From assembly GCA_001600695.1 (NCBI GenBank), contig BCKQ01000002.1:1075184-1139183 (forward strand): a DNA stretch of 64,000 bases, given 5' to 3'. Each line of letters begins with the position of its first letter. Position 1 is the stretch's first letter. Both the position numbers and the translations under genes were made by a program. Under the pieces are notes generated by a model. That model had not been told where the DNA came from. It made no database searches and saw nothing but the letters and a program-made list of their open reading frames with translations. Shown piece by piece: positions 1 to 11,668 of the stretch. The stretch is from Ascoidea asiatica JCM 7603. Taxonomy: Eukaryota; Fungi; Ascomycota.

Positions 1-494
1 CTTTCTTGAGCATCACATTTTGATTTTTGTTGTCTACATTCAACACAAGCCATTCTTTTATTTTTTTGAGATTTTTTTTGAATATTATTATTTTCATTAT
101 TATTATTGATATTATTATTATCATTGATATTATTTAAATTTTGAGAATTTAATAGAGTAGAATTATATTGAGATATTGATTTTGAACTTAAATTTAAATT
201 TGAATTTTGATTTATAATTGAATTAGAATTAGAATTTTGAATTGGAAAATAATTTGAATTGGGTATATTTTGAATTGAATTTGAATTTAAATTTGAATTA
301 ATTGGTGAATTTATATTTGATCTCATTGGAGAATTAATTGAAGAATTAAAAGAATGATCATTTTGATTAGAATAATTAAAATTATTTATATTTTTTTGAT
401 TTAAAATTGGAGTTTTTATATTTCTTTTATTAGAATTATTTATTAATTTATTTTTATTATCATTTTGATTTAAATTAACTATTTTTTTATTCAT
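1..494 (-). CDS. LEU3: Zn2Cys6 transcription factor Leu3, 5' part (runs off the window)
   Basis: Hand translation from ATG 494 is open to position 1. An N-rich leader is followed by KRMACVECRQQKSKCDAQE, the start of the Leu3 zinc cluster. Absent from the ORF track. Confidence 0.9.
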   Translation of the reverse strand, partial: MNKKIVNLNQNDNKNKLINNSNKRNIKTPILNQKNINNFNYSNQNDHSFNSSINSPMRSNINSPINSNLNSNSIQNIPNSNYFPIQNSNSNSIINQNSNLNLSSKSISQYNSTLLNSQNLNNINDNNNINNNNENNNIQKKSQKNKRMACVECRQQKSKCDAQE

Positions 495-1315
495 TTTTCA
501 TAAGTGTATGAATAATATAAAATTATTAAATAATTGAGTAAATTAAGTAATTGAAAGAAAAAGGGAATGATTTATATTGAATGATTAAAAGAATATTGAT
601 ATTGAAAGATTAGATCAAATTCCCTTTTTTGTTGATTGGGTATAATAAAGAAATAAGGAAAGTAATCGAATTCAATCAATTATTTAAAATATGGGGATAG
701 ATATTATTAAATTTAATGAAGTGAGTATTTTTGAATTTGATAAAGAACTGAGACTGGATAATATATCTTAAATGACCTAATTTTGAGATTGTCTTATGGT
801 CCTTGATTTAGTTTATTTTAGTTTTTCTTTGACTAGGAAAATTGTGGAGTGTAAAAGTAATTAATAATAATAATAATTATAATAATAGTTATCAAGTATA
901 TTTGGAAATGGAAAAGGATATCTATATCCAATTAAATACAATTTTTTGCAAATCTTTTCTGTCAAACATATGTTTATTATTCAGATATCTGTATTTGTAT
1001 ATGACTAAATTACAATCTTTAATTCATCCTCATTCTCACCATAATACATACATACATAGGTATATATATTCAATATTGCTATGATTCACACCCAAATTCA
1101 GTATCACCTCCACCTCCACCTCCTCCAGCACTTGCTTCAACTCCAGCGCCAGTTCTTTCTGGTCCCAGCCCTGGCTCTTTTGGCTCTTTTTACTCTTTTG
1201 GCCCTTTTGGCCCTCGGATCCGCAGACGTGAAAACGAGAGGAGTGAGTGCATGCAATTGGTAACATGTGACTGCATGTTGCCAATTACCAGTTAAACGGA
1301 TCTATATTTTTACAT

Positions 1316-1323
1316 GTCACGTG
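1316..1323. promoter_or_regulatory. Cbf1/bHLH site GTCACGTG in the LEU3-MRPL27 divergent promoter
   Basis: Exact RTCACGTG match about 180 bp upstream of MRPL27. Confidence 0.5.
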
Positions 1324-1502
1324 ATTTTTTTTATATTTTTGACTGGAAAACTATTTGAAATACTTAGAATTTGTAGAACTTGAGATTAAAGCATATTAAT
1401 TAAGTAATTTAGTAATTGAGTAATTCATAATCAACTATTTATTGATCATCAGTAAAGTATATAAGGAAGATTTAATTCAATCAAATAAAATAATATTTAA
1501 TA

Positions 1503-1955
1503 ATGAGAGCAACTCAGTTAAATAATTTCCAACAAACTTTATCAGTATCTGTTAAAAGACCATGGAAAGTACATAGAGATGGAACTTTATTTTATGGTTT
1601 AAAAAAATCAGGTTCAAAAAGACATGCATTAACAACAAAACAAGGTAATAAAACTTTTTATAAAGGTACAAGATCTTCAGGTATTGGTAATCATACTTCA
1701 AAAGGTGGTTATGTATTAAATTGGAAAAAAGTAAGAACTTATATTTATCCATCTATTGAAAATTTTAATAATGATTTAAAACCATTAGTACCAAAATATA
1801 ATTTTACAAAAATTGAAAAAAATTCTTTCAAAGGTTATCAATTAGGTGCAATTGATCCAAATTTATATTTTAAAAAATTAAATGATTATATTATTTATGG
1901 TGAAAAGGGTAATCCAAATGATGAATCTGATAAAGAATGGATTCAAAAAGGTTAA
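1503..1955 (+). CDS. MRPL27: Mitochondrial ribosomal protein mL41
   Basis: [40 protein letters not shown] motif. Confidence 0.9.
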   Translation: MRATQLNNFQQTLSVSVKRPWKVHRDGTLFYGLKKSGSKRHALTTKQGNKTFYKGTRSSGIGNHTSKGGYVLNWKKVRTYIYPSIENFNNDLKPLVPKYNFTKIEKNSFKGYQLGAIDPNLYFKKLNDYIIYGEKGNPNDESDKEWIQKG

Positions 1956-2160
1956 TAATATTTACCAATTATAATTAATTTTCAATTTATCATGTAAATA
2001 TACAATATATATATATATATATACAAATACGTTCTTTCTCTCATCCCATTTCTTTTCTTTCTTCTCTCTTTAATAAAATGTCTTAGATAAAATTTATATA
2101 ATCAAACTTTTATATATTCTTTTAAACATACTGTCATCATAATTATCATTGTCATTATCA

Positions 2161-3549
2161 TTATTCCTCTTCATCATCATCATCATCATCTTCTATATCA
2201 ATTACTTCTACTTGATCATTAATCGTATTCATATTTGCATTCATATTCATCTGATCTCTTCTACTTTTACTTTTATTTTTACTTTCTCTATGATTCACTT
2301 TATTATATTCATCATTATTTAACATATTTTGAATTGTATTTCTTTTCTCTTTAATATTTTCTTCTTCTGGTTTATTAACCATATCTAAAATACTTATTTT
2401 TTTGAAATTTGCATTATTATTTGAAATATTCTGATTACTATTATCATTATTAGCTTTGTTTTCATTATTATTGACACTATTAATATTAATCTCAGTATTT
2501 ATTATACTATTATTTTCATTATTATTCACTATATCTAAATTATTTCCATTCATAGGATTTAGATTAAGATTTAAATTAAAATTAGTATTAGGAGTCATAG
2601 TATTAGAATCAATAGAATTACTTGGTATATTATTTGTTGAAGCTAAAATATTTTGATATTCTTTTTCCTCTTCTGGATTATCACTATTTTCTTCAGCATC
2701 TGATTCAACTAAAGATTCAATAATATTTTGTTCATTTGCTGTAGAATTTTTACTTAAAAAAAAATTTAATGTCTTTTGATTTTTTGGTAATTCATTATCT
2801 AGTTTTAATTTTTCATCAAATATTGTTATTTTTTTTTTCCTACCTCTTTTACTAATACCATTAGTATTAGTATTAGTATTATTAATTGAATTTCCATTTG
2901 AATTTTCTGAAATTAAATTTTTTCTTGCTTTTGAATATTTAATTTTATCAGAAATAACTAATTTTCTTACAGTTTCTGTTCTTGGTACAATACTTGAAAG
3001 AAATTTTAAATTTGATAAATTTGAAACTGATGTTGCAAAATCTTTATATTGAATTTTTTTCCTTTTATCAATTCTTGACATTGCAGAAACTTGTTGTGCT
3101 AAATATTGAATAAATAATTCAATTGAAATTGCTGTTGCAAAAACTGCAGATTGTTTAACTGCAACAAATTCTGGATCTGATTTAAATATTTTTTTAATTT
3201 TAGATAATGGTAAAACTGATCTACCCATTTCTTCTTCCAGATCTTCAACTAATTCTTCTATATTATCATTTTTATTATCATTATTATTATTATCATTATT
3301 TTTATTATCCTTTTCTTGACTACTTATATTATCTATAGTTTCTGGATTACTTCCTGATATACTTTCAGTAGCAGTTACATCATCCATTTCAACATCTTCT
3401 TGAACAGAATTTGTATCACCATTTTCATAATTTTCTAATCGAATATGAGTTTTTAAAGTTGTTGAAGAATTATGAATAGGACTATTAGTATTAGTTTCAT
3501 TTGATCTATTTGAATCATCTAAATTTTCAGGAAGTATAGCTTCATTCAT
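2161..3549 (-). CDS. DPB3: Histone-fold protein, DNA polymerase epsilon subunit C (Dpb3/Dls1 family), with long low-complexity tails
   Basis: LPLSKIKKIFKSDPE..SAVFATAISIELFIQYL..KRKKIQYKDFATSV..LKFLSSIVP (NF-YC-like fold); MCB site upstream. Confidence 0.75.
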   Translation of the reverse strand: MNEAILPENLDDSNRSNETNTNSPIHNSSTTLKTHIRLENYENGDTNSVQEDVEMDDVTATESISGSNPETIDNISSQEKDNKNNDNNNNDNKNDNIEELVEDLEEEMGRSVLPLSKIKKIFKSDPEFVAVKQSAVFATAISIELFIQYLAQQVSAMSRIDKRKKIQYKDFATSVSNLSNLKFLSSIVPRTETVRKLVISDKIKYSKARKNLISENSNGNSINNTNTNTNGISKRGRKKKITIFDEKLKLDNELPKNQKTLNFFLSKNSTANEQNIIESLVESDAEENSDNPEEEKEYQNILASTNNIPSNSIDSNTMTPNTNFNLNLNLNPMNGNNLDIVNNNENNSIINTEININSVNNNENKANNDNSNQNISNNNANFKKISILDMVNKPEEENIKEKRNTIQNMLNNDEYNKVNHRESKNKSKSRRDQMNMNANMNTINDQVEVIDIEDDDDDDEEE

Positions 3550-3691
3550 TTTGTAATTGAGTAGAAATAATAATATGATTCTTGTATCTGAACTAGTTAA
3601 ATAATAAAAAAACAGTAAATTGAAAATATTCTAATTCACATTAATAATTGAAAATAAATAATTTTGCCAGATTTGAGTGTGAATTTAAAAA

Positions 3692-3697
3692 ACGCGT
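3692..3697. promoter_or_regulatory. MCB element ACGCGT upstream of DPB3
   Basis: Exact ACGCGT about 143 bp upstream of a replication gene, in an otherwise CG-poor context. Confidence 0.55.
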
Positions 3698-3907
3698 ATT
3701 TCATATAACTTATTTATTTAATCAATTGAATAATTATTTATTTATTTATTTATTTCACGTGGAGTGTGAAGAAGAGAAGAAGTTCCTCAAAACTGGCGAC
3801 AAATTGGACTTTAAATTAAAATTTGATTTGAAAAATTGAAATTTCCGAGTTTTCGTAACTTTTGCTACTAAATTCAATTTCGATAAAATGTTCGTTAATA
3901 ATCTCAG

Positions 3908-3914
3908 TGAGTCA
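3908..3914. promoter_or_regulatory. Gcn4 site TGAGTCA upstream of PRO1
   Basis: Perfect TGASTCA about 170 bp before an amino-acid biosynthesis gene. Confidence 0.6.
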
Positions 3915-4079
3915 CTAGGCTAAAGCTAACAAGATTGAATTTATTTTGGGAAATAAATATTGATCTGGAATTAGTTGTAGTTTTAAGATTTCATTTATAT
4001 TATTTGGAAGTATAATTTGAACAATTATCATATTCGAGAATCGAAAATAAATCACTATACAAAAATACAAAAGTACAAA

Positions 4080-5405
4080 ATGGGGAAATTTAAAAAACCA
4101 AAAACATACACTATAGTCGTTAAAATAGGTAGTTCAACAGTAGTTGATGGTCAAACTAGAGAACCAAGACTTGCAAATATGGCCTTGATTGTAGAAACAT
4201 TAGTTAAATTAAGAAGACAAGGTCATAGAATTGTAATTGTATCATCTGGTGCTATTGCAGTTGGTATTAAAAGAGTTGGATTAACTTCAAAACCTAAGAA
4301 ATTAGCAAAAGTTCAAGCTTTAGCTTCAATTGGTCAAGGTAGATTAATTGCTTTATATGATGATTTATTTGGACATTTAGATCAACCAATTGGACAAATA
4401 TTATTAACAAGAAATGATATTATAGATTGGACTCAATTTCAAAATGCAAGAAAAACAATAAATGCATTATTAGATATGAATATAATTCCAATAGTTAATG
4501 AAAATGATACATTATCTGTACAAGAAATTAGATTTGGTGATAATGATACTTTATCTGCAATAACTTCTGGAATGATAAATGCAGATTATTTATTTTTATT
4601 AACTGATGTTGATTGTTTATATACTTCAAATCCAAGAAGTGATCCAAATGCAAAACCAATATTAATAGTTGATGATTTAAATGAATTAAAAGTTGATGTT
4701 TCTGGTGGAACAGGTAGTGATGTTGGAACTGGAGGTATGACAACTAAATTAATTGCAGCTGAATTAGCTACAAGTGCAGGTGTTGAAACAATTATTTCAA
4801 ATTCTTCAACTCCACAAAATATTATGAAAATTGTTCATCATATTCAATCACTGGCTTTATTAAAAGATGATGATAATATTAATAGTAATAATGATTCTGA
4901 TACTGATATAATTGATAAAGATGAAAAACAAGAAGAAAATGATTTAAATATTCAACAACAGATAAAAATGTTAAAAGAATTAAAAATCCATGATGTTCCT
5001 TTACATACTAGATTCACAGCTCAAAAACATTCAATAAAAAATAAAGAATTTTGGTTATTACATGGTTTAAAATCTCATGGTTCTGTAATTATAGATAAAG
5101 GTGCATATACTGCATTAACAAGACAAAATAAAGCAGGTTTATTACCTGTTGGAGTTATTGATGTTGAAGGAGAATTTCATGATGCTGAATGTATAACTTT
5201 AAAACTTGGTTCAAGAGATCCAAAAACTGGAAATTTAGATAAATCAATAGATTTAATAGAAGTTGGTAAAGCTAGAGTTAATTATAATTCAAGTGAAATT
5301 TTTAAAATTAGAGGATTACAAAGTACTGAAATTGAACATGTTTTAGGCTATGCAGATTCTGAATATATAGCTCACAGAGATAATTTAGCATTTCCACCAC
5401 ATTAG
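4080..5405 (+). CDS. PRO1: Gamma-glutamyl kinase with C-terminal PUA domain
   Basis: [30 protein letters not shown] and GTGGM.TK motifs. First ATG is at 4080 (the track starts at TTG 4017). Confidence 0.96.
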   Translation: MGKFKKPKTYTIVVKIGSSTVVDGQTREPRLANMALIVETLVKLRRQGHRIVIVSSGAIAVGIKRVGLTSKPKKLAKVQALASIGQGRLIALYDDLFGHLDQPIGQILLTRNDIIDWTQFQNARKTINALLDMNIIPIVNENDTLSVQEIRFGDNDTLSAITSGMINADYLFLLTDVDCLYTSNPRSDPNAKPILIVDDLNELKVDVSGGTGSDVGTGGMTTKLIAAELATSAGVETIISNSSTPQNIMKIVHHIQSLALLKDDDNINSNNDSDTDIIDKDEKQEENDLNIQQQIKMLKELKIHDVPLHTRFTAQKHSIKNKEFWLLHGLKSHGSVIIDKGAYTALTRQNKAGLLPVGVIDVEGEFHDAECITLKLGSRDPKTGNLDKSIDLIEVGKARVNYNSSEIFKIRGLQSTEIEHVLGYADSEYIAHRDNLAFPPH

Positions 5406-5841
5406 AAACTTTTATAGAACTTTTTTTTTTCTTTTTTTTTTTTCCTTTTTCAACATTTTTTTTTTTCCAATTCAATCTTATTTGATTTCATCTTCTTTTT
5501 TATTAAAAGCATATTAAAATTTGAAATAATTTTTTATTGGTTAAGGTTTCTTTGTTATCGAATTCGAATACGGTAATGGCGGTATTGAATGTAGATGCTA
5601 GATTAACATTGGAGAACTTCCACGAATCTGGATTCGATTCCAACGCCACTTTTAACTTCAAGAGCCTTTTTTATTGAATTTATTGAATTTATTGAATTTG
5701 ATTTATTTGAATTATTCTGAAAAAGGTAAAAATGGAAGAAGAGAAGAGAAGAGAATGAATGAAAATATTATATAGAAGACCAACAAAATTTGATTAAAGT
5801 CAATAAACCATTAAAGATAACATTTTCAAAGGTTGGATGCA

Positions 5842-6942
5842 ATGTTTAGAGGTGTTCATTCAGTTTTTAAATTCTTTAAATCATCTGGTTTAAATAATGG
5901 AATAATTAAAAATCCTTTTATATTTCAAAGAAATTATGCAGTTTATAAAAAATTTCATAATCAAACTTCTAAGACTTTTTTAGATAATTTAAAAGATAAA
6001 AAAACTCAGAAGAAAATAATAATTGGTGTTGGAATATTTGGTGGAATTTATTTTTATAATTTACAACCTGCACCAATTTCAAATAGATATAGATTTATTT
6101 GGTTACCAAAAAAAATTGAAATTTTACTTGGTGAAAGAACTTATAATGAATTAATTAATTCAAATAAAGGTAAAATTTTACCACAAAATCATGCATATAC
6201 AAGAAAAGTTAAATCAATAATGAAAAGAATAATAAAAGTAACTGAGAAAAATATTGAATCAAAAGATAATAATATTCAAGAAGGATCATTTTATTCATCA
6301 TCATCATTAACATCAAGATTTGATTCAGCTGTTGAAATTATTGAAAATGAAGAAATTGAAGATGAAATTGATTGGGAAGTTAATGTAATTCATGATCCAA
6401 GAGCACCACCAAATGCATTTGTTTTACCAGGAGGTAAAATTTTTGTTTATACAACAATTTTTTCAATATGTAAAAATGATGATGGATTAGCAACAGTTTT
6501 AAGTCATGAAACTGCACATCAATTAGCACGTCATACAGCTGAGAATTTATCAAAACAACCATTTTATATGTTTTTATTATTACCATTAAGTTCAATATTT
6601 GGTAATCAATTTTCAAATTTAATTTTAAATTTTGGATTATTAATGCCATCATCCAGAGAAATGGAATCAGAAGCAGATTATATTGGATTAATGTTAATGT
6701 CAGAAGCATGTTTTAATCCAGAAGAAGCACCAAGATTATGGGAAAGATTTAAATTATTTGAAGAAAGATCTGGAGTTAAAAATTTTGAATTTTTATCAAC
6801 TCATCCTGCAAGTGAAAAAAGACAAGAAAATATGATAAAATGGTTACCTGAAGCTAAACAAAGAAGAGAACAAGCTGGTTGTTTATCTAATCAATATTTT
6901 AATTTTTCATCATTAAATCGTCGTTTTGATAATTTTTTTTAA
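5842..6942 (+). CDS. OMA1: Mitochondrial M48 metalloprotease
   Basis: PNAFVLPGGKIFV, HETAH (HExxH), SREMESEADYIG and EFLSTHP motifs; ATG at 5842. Confidence 0.95.
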   Translation: MFRGVHSVFKFFKSSGLNNGIIKNPFIFQRNYAVYKKFHNQTSKTFLDNLKDKKTQKKIIIGVGIFGGIYFYNLQPAPISNRYRFIWLPKKIEILLGERTYNELINSNKGKILPQNHAYTRKVKSIMKRIIKVTEKNIESKDNNIQEGSFYSSSSLTSRFDSAVEIIENEEIEDEIDWEVNVIHDPRAPPNAFVLPGGKIFVYTTIFSICKNDDGLATVLSHETAHQLARHTAENLSKQPFYMFLLLPLSSIFGNQFSNLILNFGLLMPSSREMESEADYIGLMLMSEACFNPEEAPRLWERFKLFEERSGVKNFEFLSTHPASEKRQENMIKWLPEAKQRREQAGCLSNQYFNFSSLNRRFDNFF

Positions 6943-7097
6943 GAAAAAACAAAGAGAAAGAGAAAGAGAATGAGAATGAGATGATATTATTTTCTAGAAA
7001 AAAAGATAAATTTTCTTGTATATATATATTTATTTATTTATAAAAAAAATATTCAAAATAAAAATTAAAATTATTTAATATTTTTTTTTTTTTAATT

Positions 7098-8009
7098 TTA
7101 AGTACAAATTCCAGGAAAAGTATCTGGTTTGTAATAACAAATTAAAAATTTTAAAAAACTAGTGAGTAAAGCAATTTGTCCAGAATATATTAAAAAGGAT
7201 ATAGTTAAAATTAATAAAAGTGAAATTGTACCATAATAAGCATAAGTCCAAAAAGATGGAGTTTGAAAAAAAGTTAAAGGTGGCATTAAAGGTAAAAATC
7301 CAATATTTGGAGGATTTAATGGATTAATAATAATATCTGAATTATTATAATTATTATTATTATTTTGATTAATTGGTTCAGAAGTTAATTGTATAGATTG
7401 AGAAATTGGAATTGGTTCTTCTTGTAATAAAGGTTGTTGATTTTCTTCATCAATTGAAATTGGAATTATAGATTTTCTTTTATTTGATGGTAAAATATTA
7501 TTTAATCTATCTTTTAAAGATCTATATCTTGAATTAGAATTAGAATTAGAATTAGAATTAGAATTAGAATTAAAATAAGAATAAGAATAAGAACTTGAAT
7601 TTTTATTATTTTTAAAATTGGAGTTTGAATTTAAATTTGAATTTGAATTTGAATTTGAATTTGAATTTGAATTTGAATTTGAATTTGAATTTGAATTTGA
7701 ATTTGAATTTGAATTTGAATTTGAATTTGGATTTGGATTTGGATTTGGATTAATATTATCAGAATCAAAATCTCCAATTGATTGATATTTAAAAGGTGAA
7801 GTTAATGAAATATTTGGAATTTCTGAAGAATTATTTAAAAGACTTGATCTTTCAGTTGGATTGAAATTAAAATTACTTGAATTAATAACTTTTGAAGTAT
7901 TTAATTCATCATCTAAAGATTTATTTAAGATCTGATTTTTATTAATATTTTGAATTAATAATGAAGAATCTGAATAAATTTCTTTTTTTTTTAAAGATTC
8001 TACACTCAT
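7098..8009 (-). CDS. Orphan protein with a low-complexity N-terminus (NS/NP repeats) and a C-terminal transmembrane segment
   Basis: 303-aa ORF with host-like codon use and a hydrophobic segment YYGTISLLLILTISFLIY; ERSSLL dileucine-type motif. Confidence 0.7.
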   Translation of the reverse strand: MSVESLKKKEIYSDSSLLIQNINKNQILNKSLDDELNTSKVINSSNFNFNPTERSSLLNNSSEIPNISLTSPFKYQSIGDFDSDNINPNPNPNPNSNSNSNSNSNSNSNSNSNSNSNSNSNSNSNLNSNSNFKNNKNSSSYSYSYFNSNSNSNSNSNSNSRYRSLKDRLNNILPSNKRKSIIPISIDEENQQPLLQEEPIPISQSIQLTSEPINQNNNNNYNNSDIIINPLNPPNIGFLPLMPPLTFFQTPSFWTYAYYGTISLLLILTISFLIYSGQIALLTSFLKFLICYYKPDTFPGICT

Positions 8010-8310
8010 TCTTGATGATTTTATTAATAATTGATAATTTTTCTCTTAAGCGCCGAAACTAATTATAAATATTAATTATCAAAATTATTAATAAAAAGAT
8101 GATAATAAATAAGTAATTATGTTAAATCTATGCTGACATACAGAAATAAGAAAAGAAAAGAGATTTAGATTTAGATTTAGATTGAGATTGAGATTGAGAA
8201 GTCTTAGAGACAGATTGCTTTGGATATATGTGAATTGTGAAACATGATGGAAAGAAACAAAATGCTCAGTTTTATATCCCTGACAATCTTCTTCTGCTTC
8301 TGCTTCTTCT

Positions 8311-8368
8311 TCTGCTGCTTCTGCTGCTTCTGCTGCTTCTGCTGCTTCTGCTGCTTCTGCTGCTTCTG
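8311..8368. repeat. 9-bp tandem repeat (TCTGCTGCT) x~6
   Basis: Visible directly in the intergenic region; it creates the spurious ORFs at 8088-8564 and 8204-8479. Confidence 0.9.
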
Positions 8369-8834
8369 AATCTCTCGGCTCTGCTCGGCTCTGCTCTGCT
8401 CGGCGCTTAATCCCAGCCCTGTCGCGTCTCGGCCCGAAGAGGGTGGTGGCACTGCTTCCGCAGTCATGGTCTCGTGCAAGCCACGTGTCTGCCAGCCTAT
8501 CAGTGGGCCAATATAACTCTAATTTTTCTCTCCTCGAAAGCTGTGATACACTCGGCAATAACAATACTACAATACTACAATACTACAATACTACGCTTTA
8601 TTACTATTATTATTATATTCATCGATAGCAATGAAGTTCCCCATTTACAGTAAGTAACGCTACTAAAAAGAAGGTCTAAATTTACACTGAATTATTATCC
8701 ATTTTATAGATTATATCATATTTTTAAGTATTTTCTTCATATATTATAATATATTAACTTCAATTAAAAGTTCAATTCTTTTTATTACCTTGTATTAAAT
8801 TGATTAAAGTAATCCAAATTAGAAAAATTTGAAA

Positions 8835-10658
8835 ATGTCTAAAGAATTGGTATGTTTTGATTAATTTCACTTTTAATAATGATTGAATGAAATACAAATA
8901 ACTAACAAAATTTTTTTTATTATTTTAGATTTCAAATGAATTACAAACTAAAGAAGATGTAATTGTATGTTTAATTTAATTTAATTATATTTTATTTTTC
9001 TTTTCTTTTCTTTTCTCAATTTATAAATAATCTCATTTACTAACTAATTTTATTTTCCCTTTTTTTATCTGCATATATATTTATATTTCTTTCTAATTAA
9101 ATAGTTAAATCATTCAAATACTCAACCAATTTATATTTCAAAAGTTGAAATAAATGGTGCAAATGATTTCTCAAATAGATATTTAAAAAGAGTTTTAAAT
9201 CCATTATTAAAAACTTCTGATACAACTTTAAATAATCTTAAAAATTCATTAATTTCTATAGAAAATAAATTTCTTGAATCTGGTATTATTTATGATACTA
9301 AAATTTCAATAGATAATGATGAAAATTCTTTATTACCAAAAAATTATAAATATCCATATTCTAATCAATTATTAATTCCAACAAAAATTAAAATTAATAT
9401 TTTAAAAATTGAAACAATTAATAAAAATTTTAATTTTTTAACTTCTTCAAATTTTAATCAAAAAGGTATTGAATTAAATTTTTTAAATAAAAATTTTTCT
9501 GGTATTGCAGATAATTTATTTTTAAATTTAAAAATTTCTCCAATTTCTAATAAAAAATTATTTAAAAATTTCTCAAATTTAAATTTAATTTATTCTCTTC
9601 CAATTTCTGATTCAATTAAAGAAAAATTTATTATTGAAAGTAATTTTGAAAATATAATTAAAAAAAATTTAAATTTAAATTTAAATTTAAATTCAAATTA
9701 TTTATTTATTGGAATTTTAAAAACTACAAATTCAGGTTTAATTTCAAAAAATGGTTTTCAAATTTCAAAAAATATTATTACTAATGATTATGATTATGAT
9801 TATGATAATGATAATGATAATGATAAGATTAATGATAAGATTAATGATAAGATTAATGATTTATCTGAAAATATTTCTGAAGCTAATGTTTCTTTAATAA
9901 ATAATTTTATTTATGATAAAACTAAATATATTTCAAATTTAGGTTATGAATCAATTCCATATAATGGTTTTTCATTTATTTTTAATTCTAATTTTACTGG
10001 TTTAAATATTAAACAATCAATTTTAAATTCAAATTCAAATTCAAATTCTTCAAATTTTTTAAAATTTACTTTAGATTCTAATTTTTTTAAATCTTTTTTT
10101 AATAATAATTTTTTAACTTTTCATTATCATTCATTTATTGGTCAAATATTTCCATTTATTGATTCAAATTTAAAAACTTCAATAATTGATAGATTTAATA
10201 TTAATGATTTATTAAAAAATAATTTTCAAGGTTTTCAAAAAAATTCAATTGGTTTTAATAAAAATGGTAATTATATTGGTGGAAATTCAATAATTTCAAA
10301 TATTTTTACAATTTATTCAAAATTTCCTTCATTTTTATTAAAAAATTCTATAAATGAAAATTTTATAAAAGATCCTTTAAGATTAAAATTTTATTTTAAT
10401 TCTGGTGATATATATTTAAATCAAGAAGAAATGAAAAATAAAATTTATAATAATTTTAAAATTTTAAAAAATTCAAATAATTTTTATAAATTTTCAAATA
10501 ATTTATTTAATAGTTTTGCAAGTAATTGTGGTATTGGTTTAAATTATAAAACAAGTTTAATTCAATTTGATTTTTCATATAATTTTCCATTAAGTAATAG
10601 ATCAACAGATATTTCAAAACCTGGTTTTAATTTTTTTGCATCTATATCAGCTGCTTAA
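8835..10658 (+). CDS. SAM50: Divergent Omp85/Sam50-family outer-membrane beta-barrel; exons 8835-8849, 8929-8964, 9105-10658 (~534 aa)
   Basis: Two phase-0 introns: GTATGT..AACTAAC..TAG (8850-8928) and GTATGT..TACTAAC..TAG (8965-9104). Exon 3 is in frame with the track ORF at 10431 and contains TQPIYISKVEING (POTRA), NKNFSGIAD, DRF..QGF..SIG..IGG and GIGL..FDFSYNFPL..KPGF. Confidence 0.8.
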
Positions 10659-11053
10659 TTAAATTAATTCATTAAATTCTTAAATTCTTTATTATTCTTT
10701 TATTTTATAACTAATTCTTTTAATATACAGTAAAATATCATTTTTTAATGTAATGTAATAAGTCAGTTTATTACTGAATTTATAATACATGATAATAGTA
10801 TAATCTATTTTGAAGTGTGATTTTTATTATTGAGCTAAAAATTGAAAAATTAAAAAATTAAAAAATTAACTTAAAAATTTTAAAAAAAATGAAATTTTAA
10901 TAAAACATTTAAAGAATTGAAGCAAATTTTAAAGAAAACATATATAGATATAATACAAAGTTTTTTTTTTTTTTTTTTTTCATAAAACATTAAAAAAGAA
11001 AAGAAACAAAAACAGAAAGGAATATAATCATAAAATTTACAATTATTACATTA

Positions 11054-11627
11054 TTAATTTTTTAATTTAGTATCATTAATACTTACTAATTCAAGTGACA
11101 GATCAGGATCTTCATTTTCATTATCTTCTTTTGCAGCTTTTAATTTTAAAACAAAAGAATTTTTTAATTCATTTTTTTCAGATTTTAATTTTAAAGCAGA
11201 TTTTGATCTTGTTATTCTTTTACTTGTTCTAATTGTTCTTGGTGTTGGTAATGATTTTGAAATTGATTTACTTGGAGGTTTTAAAATTATTTTTTTAATA
11301 GTTGGAGATTTATTATTTTTTTTACCATTCATAGATTTTTTAATATTTGAATTATTTGAGATATTATTTGAAATATTATTTGGAATATTATTTTTAATAT
11401 CACGTAAATATCTTTGTCTTTTCTTTGGAGATTTATTATTGTTATTATTAATATTATTATTTTTATCAACATCTTCTTCAAGTTTTCTTTTATTATTAAC
11501 TTTTATCTGTTGATAAATTTCAGGTGGGGATAGTATTGAACCTTTATAATTTGTTAAAAGAAACTTTTCTGGAGTTGTTGGAGGAGAAGGTAATAAAGAA
11601 ATTTTAAGTTTTTTATTATTATTAAAG

Positions 11628-11668
<41 letters not shown>

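Noticed and set aside
842-1284. Small ORFs in the LEU3-MRPL27 intergenic region
   Set aside because: Repeat-driven with no homology signal; no exact Leu3 CCG-N4-CGG autoregulatory site found either
3755-3850. Point-centromere-like layout: TCACGTG about 80 bp before TTTCCGA
   Set aside because: The spacer is not >90% AT, the CDEIII TGTTT(T/A)TG is absent, and it lies in a short divergent promoter; better read as a Cbf1 site
8088-8628. Track ORFs of 158, 91 and 61 aa with AEA or KQQ repeats
   Set aside because: Produced by stop-free microsatellites in a promoter; codon use is atypical and no domain is present
8631-8832. Possible spliced uORF or 5' UTR intron before SAM50 (GTAAGT 8650, TATTAAC, AAG 8770)
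   Set aside because: Branch and acceptor are weak and expected by chance in AT-rich DNA; the product stops before the SAM50 ATG
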